39,351 bases of DNA from an uncultured Flavobacteriaceae bacterium (lineage in GTDB: Bacteria; Bacteroidota; Bacteroidia; Flavobacteriales; Flavobacteriaceae), in the NCBI GenBank assembly GCA_964545595.1, contig CAZJGP010000210.1:1-39351 (forward strand). The letters are read 5' to 3'. Shown here in pieces: positions 25,487 through 35,620 of the stretch (positions are counted from its first letter, which is position 1; each line of letters opens with the position of its first letter). The notes under the pieces are model-generated. The model was given only the letters and a program-made list of their open reading frames with translations, ran no database searches and had not been told where the DNA came from. The translations under genes were made by a program, and so were the position numbers.

Positions 25487-26113
25487 TTACTCAATTAATA
25501 TAGTTGATTTCTTTTCTGGTAATGTATCGTCTAGTTCTAGGGCAGAATAATCTATTTTCCAACCAATAGAAGCTGCTAAGGTTTCAGCAAGTACAATGGT
25601 GTTTAAAGCTTCTTTTCGAGCTTCGTTTATTAATCCGCTCTGCGGAATTTTATCGATAATGTATTGTTTAGCTTCTATGTTAATATCTGTTAGGTCTTTT
25701 GAGCTAAAAGGGTTTAACCAACCTTCTTTTTTGTCGTAATATTTAAAATCGGTTTCTATGGTTAAAAGTTCTGGTTGAGGAAAATTAAGTAGCTTTAAAG
25801 TTTTACTGTTTTCATCAGTTTCAATACTAATTTTTGATAGGTTAAAACCTACATGTGCTTTAGCATCAATTAATATTAAGGCTTTCTTTTTTCCCAATAG
25901 AACATCAAAAAACTTTTCTTTTACACTTTCGTAATGATATATTTCAGCAAAATCACCTTCAACAGAGATAAGTTTACATACTTGTCTTATTTTTTCTTTT
26001 AATATAATTGCTTGGGTGGTGGTGGTTTTCTTTTTTCCAACCCATTGAAAACGTGCAAAAATTGCATAAGCAATTACACTTCCAATGATTAAACCAATAA
26101 ATAATAATTCCAT
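25487..26113 (-). CDS. DUF4230-like membrane-anchored protein
   Basis: N-terminal TM, KLISVEG, AHVGFNLSKI and FPQPEL pattern. Start at ATG 26113 (MELLFIG) avoids overlap with the upstream gene. Confidence 0.75.
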   Translation of the reverse strand: MELLFIGLIIGSVIAYAIFARFQWVGKKKTTTTQAIILKEKIRQVCKLISVEGDFAEIYHYESVKEKFFDVLLGKKKALILIDAKAHVGFNLSKISIETDENSKTLKLLNFPQPELLTIETDFKYYDKKEGWLNPFSSKDLTDINIEAKQYIIDKIPQSGLINEARKEALNTIVLAETLAASIGWKIDYSALELDDTLPEKKSTILIE

Positions 26114-26117
26114 AAAA

Positions 26118-26870
26118 TTAAGCTTCCAATTTGTATAGTACAGGTTTACTTGGTGTGGCATCATTTACAAATGATGCTATTTGTAAATTAAGAAAATAGG
26201 TGCCATCTGTTATGTTTTCAGGTACATATATTAATTCTGTAATAGTGGCATTATACCTTGTGTTTTCTGGATATTTCCAAAAAGCTTTATGTGCAAGTAG
26301 TTTACCGTCATCTTTTTCTTTGTCTATAGAGGGTAAATCAATTAATAGATGCTCTATATTTAAATCAACTAAAAAATTAGCTGCAGCTTCAGTTAAATAA
26401 GGCCAATTTGTATTGTTGTACTCTTGTGTTTTTTTTATTGTAGTATTTGGTGTTGTTCTAATAATAACGGCTTCGCATAGTGTTAATTTTTCTTTAAAAA
26501 ACTCTAACTGCTTTTTAGTTATTTGGTAGTCTCCGTTTGTGCTTACAGGCTCAATAGTAATAATTTCAGCGCTAAAAAAAAAGGTTTTTAAGCAATCTTG
26601 AATGCTAACTTTTTTAGATGTTATGTGGCCTACGCATTCGGTATGTGTTCCATGTGCATGAGGATTAAATGTTATTTTGTTAAAATTAACACTAGCACCT
26701 TCATTTACAGCTCCAACCCAATCGTCAATTTGTTGAGCTTCAATTTTAGGCGGCTTTACGTACCATGCAATTGGATTTTCAAGACCTGACTTTAAAGGAA
26801 TTGAAATGTCTATTGGTGAATTTAAATTAACACGCTTTTTTTTATCATTTATATATACCTCAATCCACAT
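26118..26870 (-). CDS. Cyclase-family metal hydrolase (kynurenine formamidase-like)
   Basis: HAHGTHTE, IDLPSID, AHKAFW, ITEL, DATPSKPVL. Confidence 0.85.
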   Translation of the reverse strand: MWIEVYINDKKKRVNLNSPIDISIPLKSGLENPIAWYVKPPKIEAQQIDDWVGAVNEGASVNFNKITFNPHAHGTHTECVGHITSKKVSIQDCLKTFFFSAEIITIEPVSTNGDYQITKKQLEFFKEKLTLCEAVIIRTTPNTTIKKTQEYNNTNWPYLTEAAANFLVDLNIEHLLIDLPSIDKEKDDGKLLAHKAFWKYPENTRYNATITELIYVPENITDGTYFLNLQIASFVNDATPSKPVLYKLEA

Positions 26871-26891
26871 AATTTTACTTTTAGAGCTTAA

Positions 26892-28049
26892 CTAATTTAA
26901 GAAGAATAAATCACTTGCTATTCCATCTCCTAAAAATTTACCTTTTTTGGTTAGGTGAATGTGTTCATTTTTAATCTCTAAGGTTTTATTTTCAATATGT
27001 TTTTTAGAAAGGTTAAGAATGTGGGTGTTATATTTTACTCCATAGTCTGTTGCTATTTTATCTAAAGAAACGCCCCATATGGTTCTTAAACCAGTCATAA
27101 TATATTCGTTGTATTGATTGGTAATGCTTAGTGTTTCACTTTCGTTAGGAATTAAACCTTTCTCGATACTTTTAATGTAAAGAATATTGTTTGCAATATT
27201 CCAGCTACGTTCTTTTTTGTTAAATGAATGCGCTGAAGGGCCAATGCCTATGTATTTTTTTCCTAACCAATAACCGGTGTTGTTTTGACTAAAAAAACCT
27301 TCTTTGCCAAAATTTGAAAACTCATAATTAGTATAATCATTAGCTTCCATTGTAGTTAGTAGTATTTGATAATGCGCTTCAGCGGAAGCGTCATTTACAG
27401 GGGCTGTAGTTCCTTTTTGTATTTGTTTTTCTAGCGCAGTGTTTGGCTCAACAGTTAATGCGTAGCTTGATATATGTGGTATGTTTAATGAAATTGCTTT
27501 TTCAAGGTTTTTAATCCAGTTTTCGTTAGTCATTCCTGGTGTGCCATATATTAAATCTATAGATATGTTTTTGAAATGTTCTTTAGCTTCTTTAATAGAA
27601 TTGTAGGCTTCATTGGCATTATGTGCTCTATTCATTAGTTTTAAATCTTCCTCAAAGAAAGATTGGACACCGATACTAAGTCTATTGATTTTGGTATTAG
27701 CAAAGGCTTTTATTTTAGATGCAGTTAAATCGTCTGGATTTGCCTCTAAAGTAATTTCAGGATTTTTGATCACTTGGTAATTGCTAAAAACACAATTTAG
27801 CAATTGGTTAATTTCTTCTACAGAGCAAATAGATGGTGTTCCTCCGCCAAAATATATAGTTTCTATAATATCTGTGTCTAGCTCGTTTTTTCGTAGCTCT
27901 AGCTCTTTGCAAAGTGTATTTATCATGCTTTCTTTTTTTGCTAAAGAAGTAGAAAAGTGAAAATCGCAATAATGACATGCTTTTTTGCAAAACGGAATAT
28001 GAATATAAATACCTGCGATAATATATATGTTATGTGTTATCAATTGCAA
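26892..28049 (-). CDS. hemW: Radical SAM heme chaperone HemW (HemN-like); start uncertain (TTG 28049 or ATC 28019)
   Basis: YIHIPFCKKACHYCDF, YFGGGTPS, EANP, RLSIGVQSF, DLIYG, HISSYALTVE, GIGPSAHS. Confidence 0.92.
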   Translation of the reverse strand: MQLITHNIYIIAGIYIHIPFCKKACHYCDFHFSTSLAKKESMINTLCKELELRKNELDTDIIETIYFGGGTPSICSVEEINQLLNCVFSNYQVIKNPEITLEANPDDLTASKIKAFANTKINRLSIGVQSFFEEDLKLMNRAHNANEAYNSIKEAKEHFKNISIDLIYGTPGMTNENWIKNLEKAISLNIPHISSYALTVEPNTALEKQIQKGTTAPVNDASAEAHYQILLTTMEANDYTNYEFSNFGKEGFFSQNNTGYWLGKKYIGIGPSAHSFNKKERSWNIANNILYIKSIEKGLIPNESETLSITNQYNEYIMTGLRTIWGVSLDKIATDYGVKYNTHILNLSKKHIENKTLEIKNEHIHLTKKGKFLGDGIASDLFFLN

Positions 28050-28096
28050 AAGTAATTGATTTATATAAAGTATGGGGAAAGACCTTGTGTTTGTAG

Positions 28097-28133
28097 AAAA
28101 AAGAAACCCTGTACAAGTAATTTGTACAGGGTT
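28097..28133 (-). terminator. Terminator of the PL6 gene
   Basis: 12-bp stem AACCCTGTACAA/TTGTACAGGGTT with a minus-strand TTTCTTTTTT tail. Confidence 0.85.
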
Positions 28134-28158
28134 AATATAAGTTGGAACAAAAACTTAA

Positions 28159-30531
28159 TTAGTATACTAAAGTAAGTTTAATGTTTTCTTCTGTTAAAAT
28201 TTTACCAGAGTTACTAACTGTATTGTTAGCTTCGGTATTGTTTTTTGCACCCCATAGTACAGATACAAATTTAACAGGATTGTTTTTAAATGTGTTGTTT
28301 TCTAACTTAACATTTACAATACCACGGTGGTTTAATAATACTTTATTAGCCTCTTTAGAACCAGAGTTTGTAAAAGTAGAATTAGTAACGATTAAGTTAC
28401 CACCAATTGTAGACTCATCGTATCCACCTCTGTAATAATCAATAACATTACTAGCTACATTATTGAATTCACAGTTATTGATAGTTAAAAACTCAGTGTT
28501 ATAGTCTCCTTTGTCATTTGTTTCTTCAGACAATTCTAATCCATTAGCACAATCTTTAATAGTAGATCCTGTAAATGTAATAGCATCAGCAAAAGTTTCT
28601 TTGTATGCTTTTAATACAAAATCAAAGTTGCTAATTTCAGAATTATTAACAGTTAAGTTATATAAACTAGACATGTTTTCTTTTAAACTAGCAAAAGCAT
28701 AGTTTGTTCCATTTCCTTTTAAAGCAACACCTTCTAGAGTTAATTCTCCTTTAGGGTTCATTTCGAATAAAGGAGTACCAGCAGCACCATTATAAACTAA
28801 TTGTGCTTTCTTGTCTGCACCGTTAATAGTAATAACTTTATTGATTACTAATGGAGTTGTTACGGTGTAATCACCAGCTGCTAATGTAATAATGTCTCCA
28901 TCTTTAGCTTCTGCAATTTTAGCAGCTAATTCAGTAGCGTTTGTTGCAGCTAATTTAGCAGGTTCAACTGCTTCTTTTACGTTAGAAAACCAAGTAGCTC
29001 CGTATTTAGTTTTATCTAAAATAGCTGGATCTACGCTAGGCACAGTTAAAGCAGCGCCTACAGTGTTGTTATCTGCAGATCTTTTATTTCCAAAAAGGTC
29101 AGTGTTAATTTCATCGAAACCAAAACCATTGTATAATTCGTTTTCAGCAGTATATGTAGGGAGTACTAAGTAGTCATTCACTTTAGTAGTACCTAATTCA
29201 GCAACAGTAAACCCTCCTTCAATACTAGATGTTAAATCACTTGCATTGTTAATGATGTTATTAGAAAACGTAATGTCTTTAATTTTATCATGAGCCACTA
29301 CAGTTGTAGCATCACCTTTGTCATTATAAATAATGTTATTGGCAATTTCAGTTCTTTTTGGTGCAGCTGATCTAATTTCAGACTTAGGTAAAACATCTGC
29401 TTGAGAAACGTTTGTACCAACACCAAACTGTAATGGAGCAGCACAGTTAACAAATGAGTTAAAAGCAACACGTACATCAGTTACCTGGTTGTAACGGTTT
29501 AATGGTGATTTAGGAATACCATTCATTACTGCTAATGGGCTTCTAAAGTTTTCTCCAATAATATTGTAGAAGTAGTTGTTAGTTACTGTATGACCAGTAT
29601 TAATTAAACGAATACCTCCGTAGTTATTATTTGCACCATCACCTATAAAGTAGTTACCGTCAATTGTACAGTAGTTACCGTGACGTGTTACTAAAGAACC
29701 TTCAGATTTATAAAAAACATTGTTTTTAAAAATATTGAAGTTTGTTTTACTTGAAATAATTTCAACCTCACCATTACACTCTTCAAATAAGTTGTTAGCA
29801 ATAATAGTATTACTAGGAGACATTGATGTGAAACTGTTTCCTAACTGGATAGTTTCTCCTTTAGGTCCACCTTTACGAGGTCTTGGTCCAAAGTGGTTAT
29901 TAATAATTTTGTGGTAATTCATAATGTTTCTATTACCACCAATTTCAACACGAAGAGTAGGTCCAACATTTGATTTTCCTGCAAGGTAACAGTGATCTAT
30001 TTGGTTATGACGACCAAAAAACTCTACCCATAAATCTTTACGATCTCTTTTAGGTTGGTTAAAGTCTTCGATAACACAGTTAGTAACTCTACAGTGGTTA
30101 GCAACTTGTGTTTTACTTTTCTTAAAATCAATTACAGCAGTAGAAGGTGTGTAACCGTTACGGAAATATAATCCGTTTACAATTAAATGTTCTCCACCTA
30201 ATTTAAGGTAAGACTCTCCTTCTATAAATACTTTACCAGCTTCTTCAGCGGCTAAAGTAATAGGTGCGTCTTTGGTACCTTTACTAGTAAATTTAATTTG
30301 AACGTCTTTCCAAACACCGTTGGCCATAATAATATTATCGCCTGGTTGCGCTTTTTTTATAGCTTCGCTAAGTTCTTTAGCATTGGTAACTTTTGTACCT
30401 GTTGCCGGAACTGATAACGAAGATACAGTTATGCTTTCTTCAGTAGGTGTTGTTTCTGCAACTGTTGCTGAAGGCTGATTACATGAAAATAATGCAGCTA
30501 ATACAAATAAAGAAATGAAAGTTTTTTTCAT
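28159..30531 (-). CDS. PL6 polysaccharide lyase (alginate lyase/chondroitinase-B fold), two-beta-helix lipoprotein
   Basis: Lipobox LFSC; GETIQLG, CNGEVEIISSK, GSLVTRHGN, GGIRL; a second beta-helix starting LAAKIAEAKDGDIITL. Confidence 0.9.
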   Translation of the reverse strand: MKKTFISLFVLAALFSCNQPSATVAETTPTEESITVSSLSVPATGTKVTNAKELSEAIKKAQPGDNIIMANGVWKDVQIKFTSKGTKDAPITLAAEEAGKVFIEGESYLKLGGEHLIVNGLYFRNGYTPSTAVIDFKKSKTQVANHCRVTNCVIEDFNQPKRDRKDLWVEFFGRHNQIDHCYLAGKSNVGPTLRVEIGGNRNIMNYHKIINNHFGPRPRKGGPKGETIQLGNSFTSMSPSNTIIANNLFEECNGEVEIISSKTNFNIFKNNVFYKSEGSLVTRHGNYCTIDGNYFIGDGANNNYGGIRLINTGHTVTNNYFYNIIGENFRSPLAVMNGIPKSPLNRYNQVTDVRVAFNSFVNCAAPLQFGVGTNVSQADVLPKSEIRSAAPKRTEIANNIIYNDKGDATTVVAHDKIKDITFSNNIINNASDLTSSIEGGFTVAELGTTKVNDYLVLPTYTAENELYNGFGFDEINTDLFGNKRSADNNTVGAALTVPSVDPAILDKTKYGATWFSNVKEAVEPAKLAATNATELAAKIAEAKDGDIITLAAGDYTVTTPLVINKVITINGADKKAQLVYNGAAGTPLFEMNPKGELTLEGVALKGNGTNYAFASLKENMSSLYNLTVNNSEISNFDFVLKAYKETFADAITFTGSTIKDCANGLELSEETNDKGDYNTEFLTINNCEFNNVASNVIDYYRGGYDESTIGGNLIVTNSTFTNSGSKEANKVLLNHRGIVNVKLENNTFKNNPVKFVSVLWGAKNNTEANNTVSNSGKILTEENIKLTLVY

Positions 30532-30651
30532 GTTTTTTTGTTTAATTTATTGCTGTTTTTAAGACGCTTAATACTTCTTTAAGAATCTCAAAAATATAAG
30601 AAAAATCGTTATACTTAAATGATTTCGATGTTAAAATAGTGTTTATATATT

Positions 30652-30694
30652 AAAAAAAGCTTAATTACTATTGAAAAATAGTAATTAAGCTTTT
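30652..30694 (-). terminator. Terminator of the oxidoreductase-ferredoxin operon
   Basis: 18-bp stem AAAAGCTTAATTACTATT-GAAA-AATAGTAATTAAGCTTTT. Confidence 0.85.
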
Positions 30695-30743
30695 AATATT
30701 CATTCAATTATAGTTTTAGAAAATAATTGAACTGTAATATTTA

Positions 30744-32375
30744 TTAACTCGCTTTGTTGTTTTGTTTGGCTAATTCTATTAAATCAACATCATTACCAAG
30801 TAAAACTTCAGTTGGGTTAATACGACCTTCTTCAGGACCGTTTTCTAACTTAAGAACTCCACGAGGACATACAGCAGAACATACACCACAACCTACACAA
30901 CTTGCACGTACAATGTTTTCTCCTTTTTGAGCGTATGAACGTACATCGATACCTTGCTCACAATACGTAGAACAGTTACCACATGAGATACATTGACCTC
31001 CGTTAGTTGTAATACGAAAACGAGATTTGAAACGTTGAACTAATCCCATATATGCTGCTAATGGACACCCGAAACGACACCAAACACGGTTTCCTAAAAT
31101 TGGATAGAAACCAGTTCCAATTACTCCTGAAAATATAGAACCAATTAAGAATCCATAAGTAGTTTGAATGTCATAAACTGAAATTCCGAAAGCAAATTCT
31201 TTCCAAGTTTCAACTTCAGCAAAGAAAGTATATAGAGTAATGATAGTCATTAAAGAGGCAAAAACTAAAACTCCATGAATTAACCAACGCTCTACCTTCC
31301 AAGAAAATAATGATTTACTAGATAATTGACGGTATGGATCTCCTAATGTTTCAGCTAAACCTCCACATCCACAAACCCATGAACAATACCATCTTTTACC
31401 ATATAAATAAACCATTACAGGAACAATTATAAGTGTTAACACGATTCCCCATACTAACATAAATAATCCTAAACCACCGCTATTCATTAAACTGTTAATG
31501 TTCCAGTCGAAAAAGAAAGAATAATTTAAAGGCCATGCGTTTTTAAAATCAAACCAAGGTTTATTGAATGCCGTTAAAATTTCAGGAATTAAAAATGCAA
31601 ATGCAACTTGGAAAAATAATACAACAGATGTTCTTATTAACTGGTAGTTATTATGACGGTACTTAATGAACATTCTAATGGCAAACACAGTCATTACTGA
31701 ACAGTACATAAACCCATATAAGAACCATTGGCTAGCTTCCGCTTGTTTACCACCAATTGAGCTTATTCCTTTACTAACAGGGTTAACGGCTAAAATAGGG
31801 TTAACTAATAGGTTAGGGAAAAAGTATAATAGTATATAAAATGATACAAAAAAGATAAAAGCAATGATACCTAATAGACCACGATTAGTGGCTGAATGCT
31901 GGAAAATACCGTTGTTTTTTATACCAGCAGGCCCTAATAACTTATAGTCAGCTCCAAATGTTATAATACCACCAATGATAGCTAAACCGAAAGTTAGAAA
32001 GAAAAATAGGGCTTGGTTTTCAGAAACCCAACCAGTAGTTGTGTTTCTTATTAAAGGATAAATTAACTGTTTAGATGTTTTGTTCCATTTTACCTTTATA
32101 AGGTTGCTCCAGTTAATTTCTTTCTGACTCATTTCATAATTGTCAGATTCTTTAGCGATTGAAAGTATTTTGTTAGATAAATCGAAAGCACTTAGTTCTT
32201 TTCCAACTATTTCTTTTTGAGCTTTATCTATAAAATATTCGCTTTTTATTTTTTGAGATGTCCAAGAGTCGAATGCTTCTTGAGAAACTTTATTTGTAGC
32301 AGTAAAAATACTTGCAGTAAAAATAAAGAAACCAATAAAAGCAATTACTAATCCTATGTTTTTAATTGTCTTCAT
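30744..32375 (-). CDS. Membrane-bound 4Fe-4S polyferredoxin (NapH/MauN-like)
   Basis: Many TM segments; WYCSWVCGCG and WCRFGCP; CISCGNCSTYC and CVGCGVCSAVCP. ATG at 32375. Confidence 0.88.
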   Translation of the reverse strand: MKTIKNIGLVIAFIGFFIFTASIFTATNKVSQEAFDSWTSQKIKSEYFIDKAQKEIVGKELSAFDLSNKILSIAKESDNYEMSQKEINWSNLIKVKWNKTSKQLIYPLIRNTTTGWVSENQALFFFLTFGLAIIGGIITFGADYKLLGPAGIKNNGIFQHSATNRGLLGIIAFIFFVSFYILLYFFPNLLVNPILAVNPVSKGISSIGGKQAEASQWFLYGFMYCSVMTVFAIRMFIKYRHNNYQLIRTSVVLFFQVAFAFLIPEILTAFNKPWFDFKNAWPLNYSFFFDWNINSLMNSGGLGLFMLVWGIVLTLIIVPVMVYLYGKRWYCSWVCGCGGLAETLGDPYRQLSSKSLFSWKVERWLIHGVLVFASLMTIITLYTFFAEVETWKEFAFGISVYDIQTTYGFLIGSIFSGVIGTGFYPILGNRVWCRFGCPLAAYMGLVQRFKSRFRITTNGGQCISCGNCSTYCEQGIDVRSYAQKGENIVRASCVGCGVCSAVCPRGVLKLENGPEEGRINPTEVLLGNDVDLIELAKQNNKAS

Positions 32376-32388
32376 GTTAATTGGGAGA

Positions 32389-33726
32389 TTAAGCAAATAT
32401 GCGTTTCCAGCTTTTTTTAGCAGCTTTAATTTTTGTATTGTTTTCTTTGTTGAATTTTGCTATGATCTCTTCTTCGTGTTGAGCGTAGAATTCAGGATCA
32501 AAATTAGCATCTTTTAAATATTCTAAAACATGATTTACGGTTTGCTTTTCGGTTAACCACTTGTCAAAAACTTCATGACGCATACGAATACCAAAAGTGT
32601 TTATTCCAATAAATTCTTTAGATTCTGTGTCGTAGTTTACGTGAATACATTTTCTTCCATCAGGGTGTTCCCAATAAAAGCGAGATTCGTTTTCTCTTGG
32701 TTGTGCCCATACCCAACCGTAAGTTTGGTATTCAATATCTATAAACTTAGCACTATTAAACCAGTGGCCAGGCTTATATTCTGTAGGGTTTCCGCAAATG
32801 GTTCTTGCAAGAGTTTCTCCCATCATACGACCAGTGTACCAAACAGCTTCAATGGGTCTACGTTGGCCAATACCTTCGTGTTGTTCAGCACAATCACCAA
32901 TAGCATATACGTTGCTAATGTTTGTTTGTAATTGGCGGTTTACTTTAATACCACGACCTATTTCTATGCCAGAATCTCTTACAAAATCTATATTTGGTGA
33001 TACTCCAGCTGTTAAACCAACAACATCACATTCAATTTCTTCACCAGTTTCCTGAATAACAATTGATTTAGCCTTACCGTTTGCGTCTGACTTTATTTCT
33101 TTAAGGTTAAAACCTAAACGTAAGTCAATATGGTTGTTTAAGATTTCTCTATTAACCATCGCGCTTTCTTCAGCAGGTAAAACACCATTCCAAAAACTAT
33201 TTTCTCTAACCAAGAAAGTTACAGGAATGTTTCTACTGTGCATCATTTCGGCAAATTCAATACCAATTAATCCACCACCAACAATTACAGCTCTTTTACA
33301 AGTTTTATTATCTGGAGCGTATTTTTCTAGGTTTTCAAGATCTTGTTTATGGTACATTCCCATAACACCATCTAAATCTTGACCAGGCCATCCAAATTTA
33401 TTTGGTTTAGAACCTGTTGCAAGTATAAGTTGGTCATAAGTCATTGATCCACCATCGGCAAATTGCAATGTATTTTTATCTGTTTCTATTTTAGAAACTA
33501 AAGCTTTTTTTAATTCAATTCTGTTTTTCTTCCAAAAGAAAGGCTCATAAGGTTGAGTGTTCTCAAACTTCATGTGGCCCATATACACATACATAAGTGC
33601 TGTTCGAGAAAAGAAATAATCTGTTTCGGCAGAAATAACCGTTATTTTTTTGTCAGAAAGTTTTCGGATATGTCTTGCGGCAGTAATACCAGAAACTCCA
33701 TTTCCTATAATAACAACATGCTCCAT
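32389..33726 (-). CDS. NAD(P)/FAD-dependent oxidoreductase (pyridine nucleotide-disulfide/ferredoxin-reductase-like)
   Basis: IIGNGVSG, LATGS, VGGGLIGIE, VYAIGD. Confidence 0.9.
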   Translation of the reverse strand: MEHVVIIGNGVSGITAARHIRKLSDKKITVISAETDYFFSRTALMYVYMGHMKFENTQPYEPFFWKKNRIELKKALVSKIETDKNTLQFADGGSMTYDQLILATGSKPNKFGWPGQDLDGVMGMYHKQDLENLEKYAPDNKTCKRAVIVGGGLIGIEFAEMMHSRNIPVTFLVRENSFWNGVLPAEESAMVNREILNNHIDLRLGFNLKEIKSDANGKAKSIVIQETGEEIECDVVGLTAGVSPNIDFVRDSGIEIGRGIKVNRQLQTNISNVYAIGDCAEQHEGIGQRRPIEAVWYTGRMMGETLARTICGNPTEYKPGHWFNSAKFIDIEYQTYGWVWAQPRENESRFYWEHPDGRKCIHVNYDTESKEFIGINTFGIRMRHEVFDKWLTEKQTVNHVLEYLKDANFDPEFYAQHEEEIIAKFNKENNTKIKAAKKSWKRIFA

Positions 33727-33842
33727 AAATGCGTTTTTAATTAATTGTTGCGCAATTTAACCAATATGTCGTAAACTAGGAGCAATACTTAAAATGCCTT
33801 TTTTTATTTATAATGAATTTAAGTAAATTGCCAGAGTGTTAA

Positions 33843-34532
33843 TTATTTAACATTTTTTCTGTAATAAGCTAATAGGTTTTCAGTATCAGCGCCAAACCAT
33901 TTTTTTAAATACATCATCCAATAATGATATTGTAAAGTAGCAATTCCATTATCGGTATATCTGCGCGATGAAGATATGATACGATTTTGTATAACCGTAA
34001 ATTCTTTTAAAGCATACAATTTTCTAATAATTTCAAAATCTTCAAAAATAGCATGCTCAGTAGGGTATTGCCCTAATTTGTTAAATAGTTGCTTATTTAA
34101 AAATAAAGATTGATCGCCTCCTCTAAAGAATTTTAAATTAAACTGCGTAAACCAACCAGCTAATTGGAGCCATATATGTTTGCTGTCAAATTCCATTCTA
34201 AAACAACCAGCTAAATGATTATTCTTAATTTTTTCAGATATAAGTTTGTCAAAATGCACGGGTGGGAAGCTATCAGCATGCAAAAAATAAAGCGTATTAG
34301 CTTTTGCTAATTGTGCTCCATAGTTCATTTGTACTCCTCTTCCTTTCGGAGAAGATATGACCGTAACGCTATCAATAGCGCTTGCTTTTTCTATTGAATT
34401 ATCAGAGCTACCACCATCAACCACAATGATTTCGCATTCTTTAGGACTAAAAAGAGAACTTTTAATATGCAACAATAGCTTTTGAATATTAGCCGCTTCG
34501 TTGTAGGTAGGTATAATGATAGATAAATTCAA
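33843..34532 (-). CDS. GT2 glycosyltransferase, TIGR04283-like
   Basis: SIIIPTYNEA, VDGGSSD, GRGVQMNYGA, FLHAD, GDQSLF, FED, SSRRY. Confidence 0.85.
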   Translation of the reverse strand: MNLSIIIPTYNEAANIQKLLLHIKSSLFSPKECEIIVVDGGSSDNSIEKASAIDSVTVISSPKGRGVQMNYGAQLAKANTLYFLHADSFPPVHFDKLISEKIKNNHLAGCFRMEFDSKHIWLQLAGWFTQFNLKFFRGGDQSLFLNKQLFNKLGQYPTEHAIFEDFEIIRKLYALKEFTVIQNRIISSSRRYTDNGIATLQYHYWMMYLKKWFGADTENLLAYYRKNVK

Positions 34533-34684
34533 ATGCTGAAAAATGATATTTTTACAAAAATAAGATTACTTTTTAATTAACGAATTAATTTTTCGACTCA
34601 TATAATAATTAGTTAAATGTTAATATTTATAGCAAATAAATAACTAGTTTTAAGAGTATTTTTTAACACAAAAACATATATAAA

Positions 34685-35320
34685 ATGGCAGTATTAAGAT
34701 TAGGTGATGTAGCACCAGATTTTACAGCAAAAACTTCAGAAGGTGATATTAACTTTCATGAATGGTTAGGTGAAGGTTGGGGAGTTTTATTTTCGCACCC
34801 AGCAGATTATACACCTGTTTGTACAACAGAATTAGGAACGGTAGCTAAATATACAGAGCAGTTTAAGTCTCGTAATGTAAAAGTTGCCGCATTAAGTGTT
34901 GATGGGGTAGAGTCTCACCACGGGTGGATTAAAGATATTAATGAAACTCAAAATACAACGGTTAACTTTCCTATTATAGCAGATGAAGATAGAAAGGTAT
35001 CTACTTTATATGATATGATTCACCCTAACGCAGATACAACTTTAACAGTACGTTCTGTATTTATCATTGGGCCAGACAAAAAAATTAAATTAATTTTAGT
35101 TTATCCAGCTTCTACAGGAAGAAATTTTGACGAGCTTATTAGAGTTATAGATTCTTTACAATTAACAGCTTATAGAAAGTTAGCAACACCAGCAAACTGG
35201 AAACAAGGAGACGATTGTGTGGTTTCTCCAGCTGTTAAAACGGAAGATATTCCTGCTTTATTCCCTAAAGGACATACGGTTATAAAACCATATTTAAGAA
35301 TGACACCACAACCAGAATAA
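34685..35320 (+). CDS. 1-Cys peroxiredoxin (Prx6 subfamily)
   Basis: FSHPADYTPVCTTE, YPASTGRNFDE, ATPANW, PYLR. Confidence 0.95.
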   Translation: MAVLRLGDVAPDFTAKTSEGDINFHEWLGEGWGVLFSHPADYTPVCTTELGTVAKYTEQFKSRNVKVAALSVDGVESHHGWIKDINETQNTTVNFPIIADEDRKVSTLYDMIHPNADTTLTVRSVFIIGPDKKIKLILVYPASTGRNFDELIRVIDSLQLTAYRKLATPANWKQGDDCVVSPAVKTEDIPALFPKGHTVIKPYLRMTPQPE

Positions 35321-35365
35321 GTTTAGGAAAGGTGTTTGGCGAAAAATATAGTTAAGTATTATAAG

Positions 35366-35406
35366 ATGGGTGTGTTAATTTAAATATTGACACACCCATA
35401 CTTTTA
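35366..35406 (+). terminator. Terminator after the peroxiredoxin gene
   Basis: ATGGGTGTGTTAAT/ATTGACACACCCAT stem followed by ACTTTT. Confidence 0.75.
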
Positions 35407-35620
35407 ATTATGAATGTAATTTCAAAATAAATTAAGGGAAATTTAGTAAATGCTACTTTGATGTTTTTAAATTGTTGCTAGTGTTGTACATTGTTTAAAT
35501 AATGACAAAAAAAACAATATTTTTTTTCTAAATACATAAAAATAACACATTTAGTCTAATTTTATTGTGTTTAATCTATTATAATTTATACATTGCATAG
35601 ATAACTTACAATATAGATAA

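Noticed and set aside
1213-33744. Short alternative ORFs in the track (e.g. 1213-1443, 2735-3067, 3686-3910, 4851-5087, 10297-10590, 13719-14273, 20392-20637, 21473-21718, 28181-29917 set, 32575-33382 set)
   Set aside because: They are antisense or off-frame shadows lying wholly or mostly inside well-supported genes and carry no recognisable motifs.
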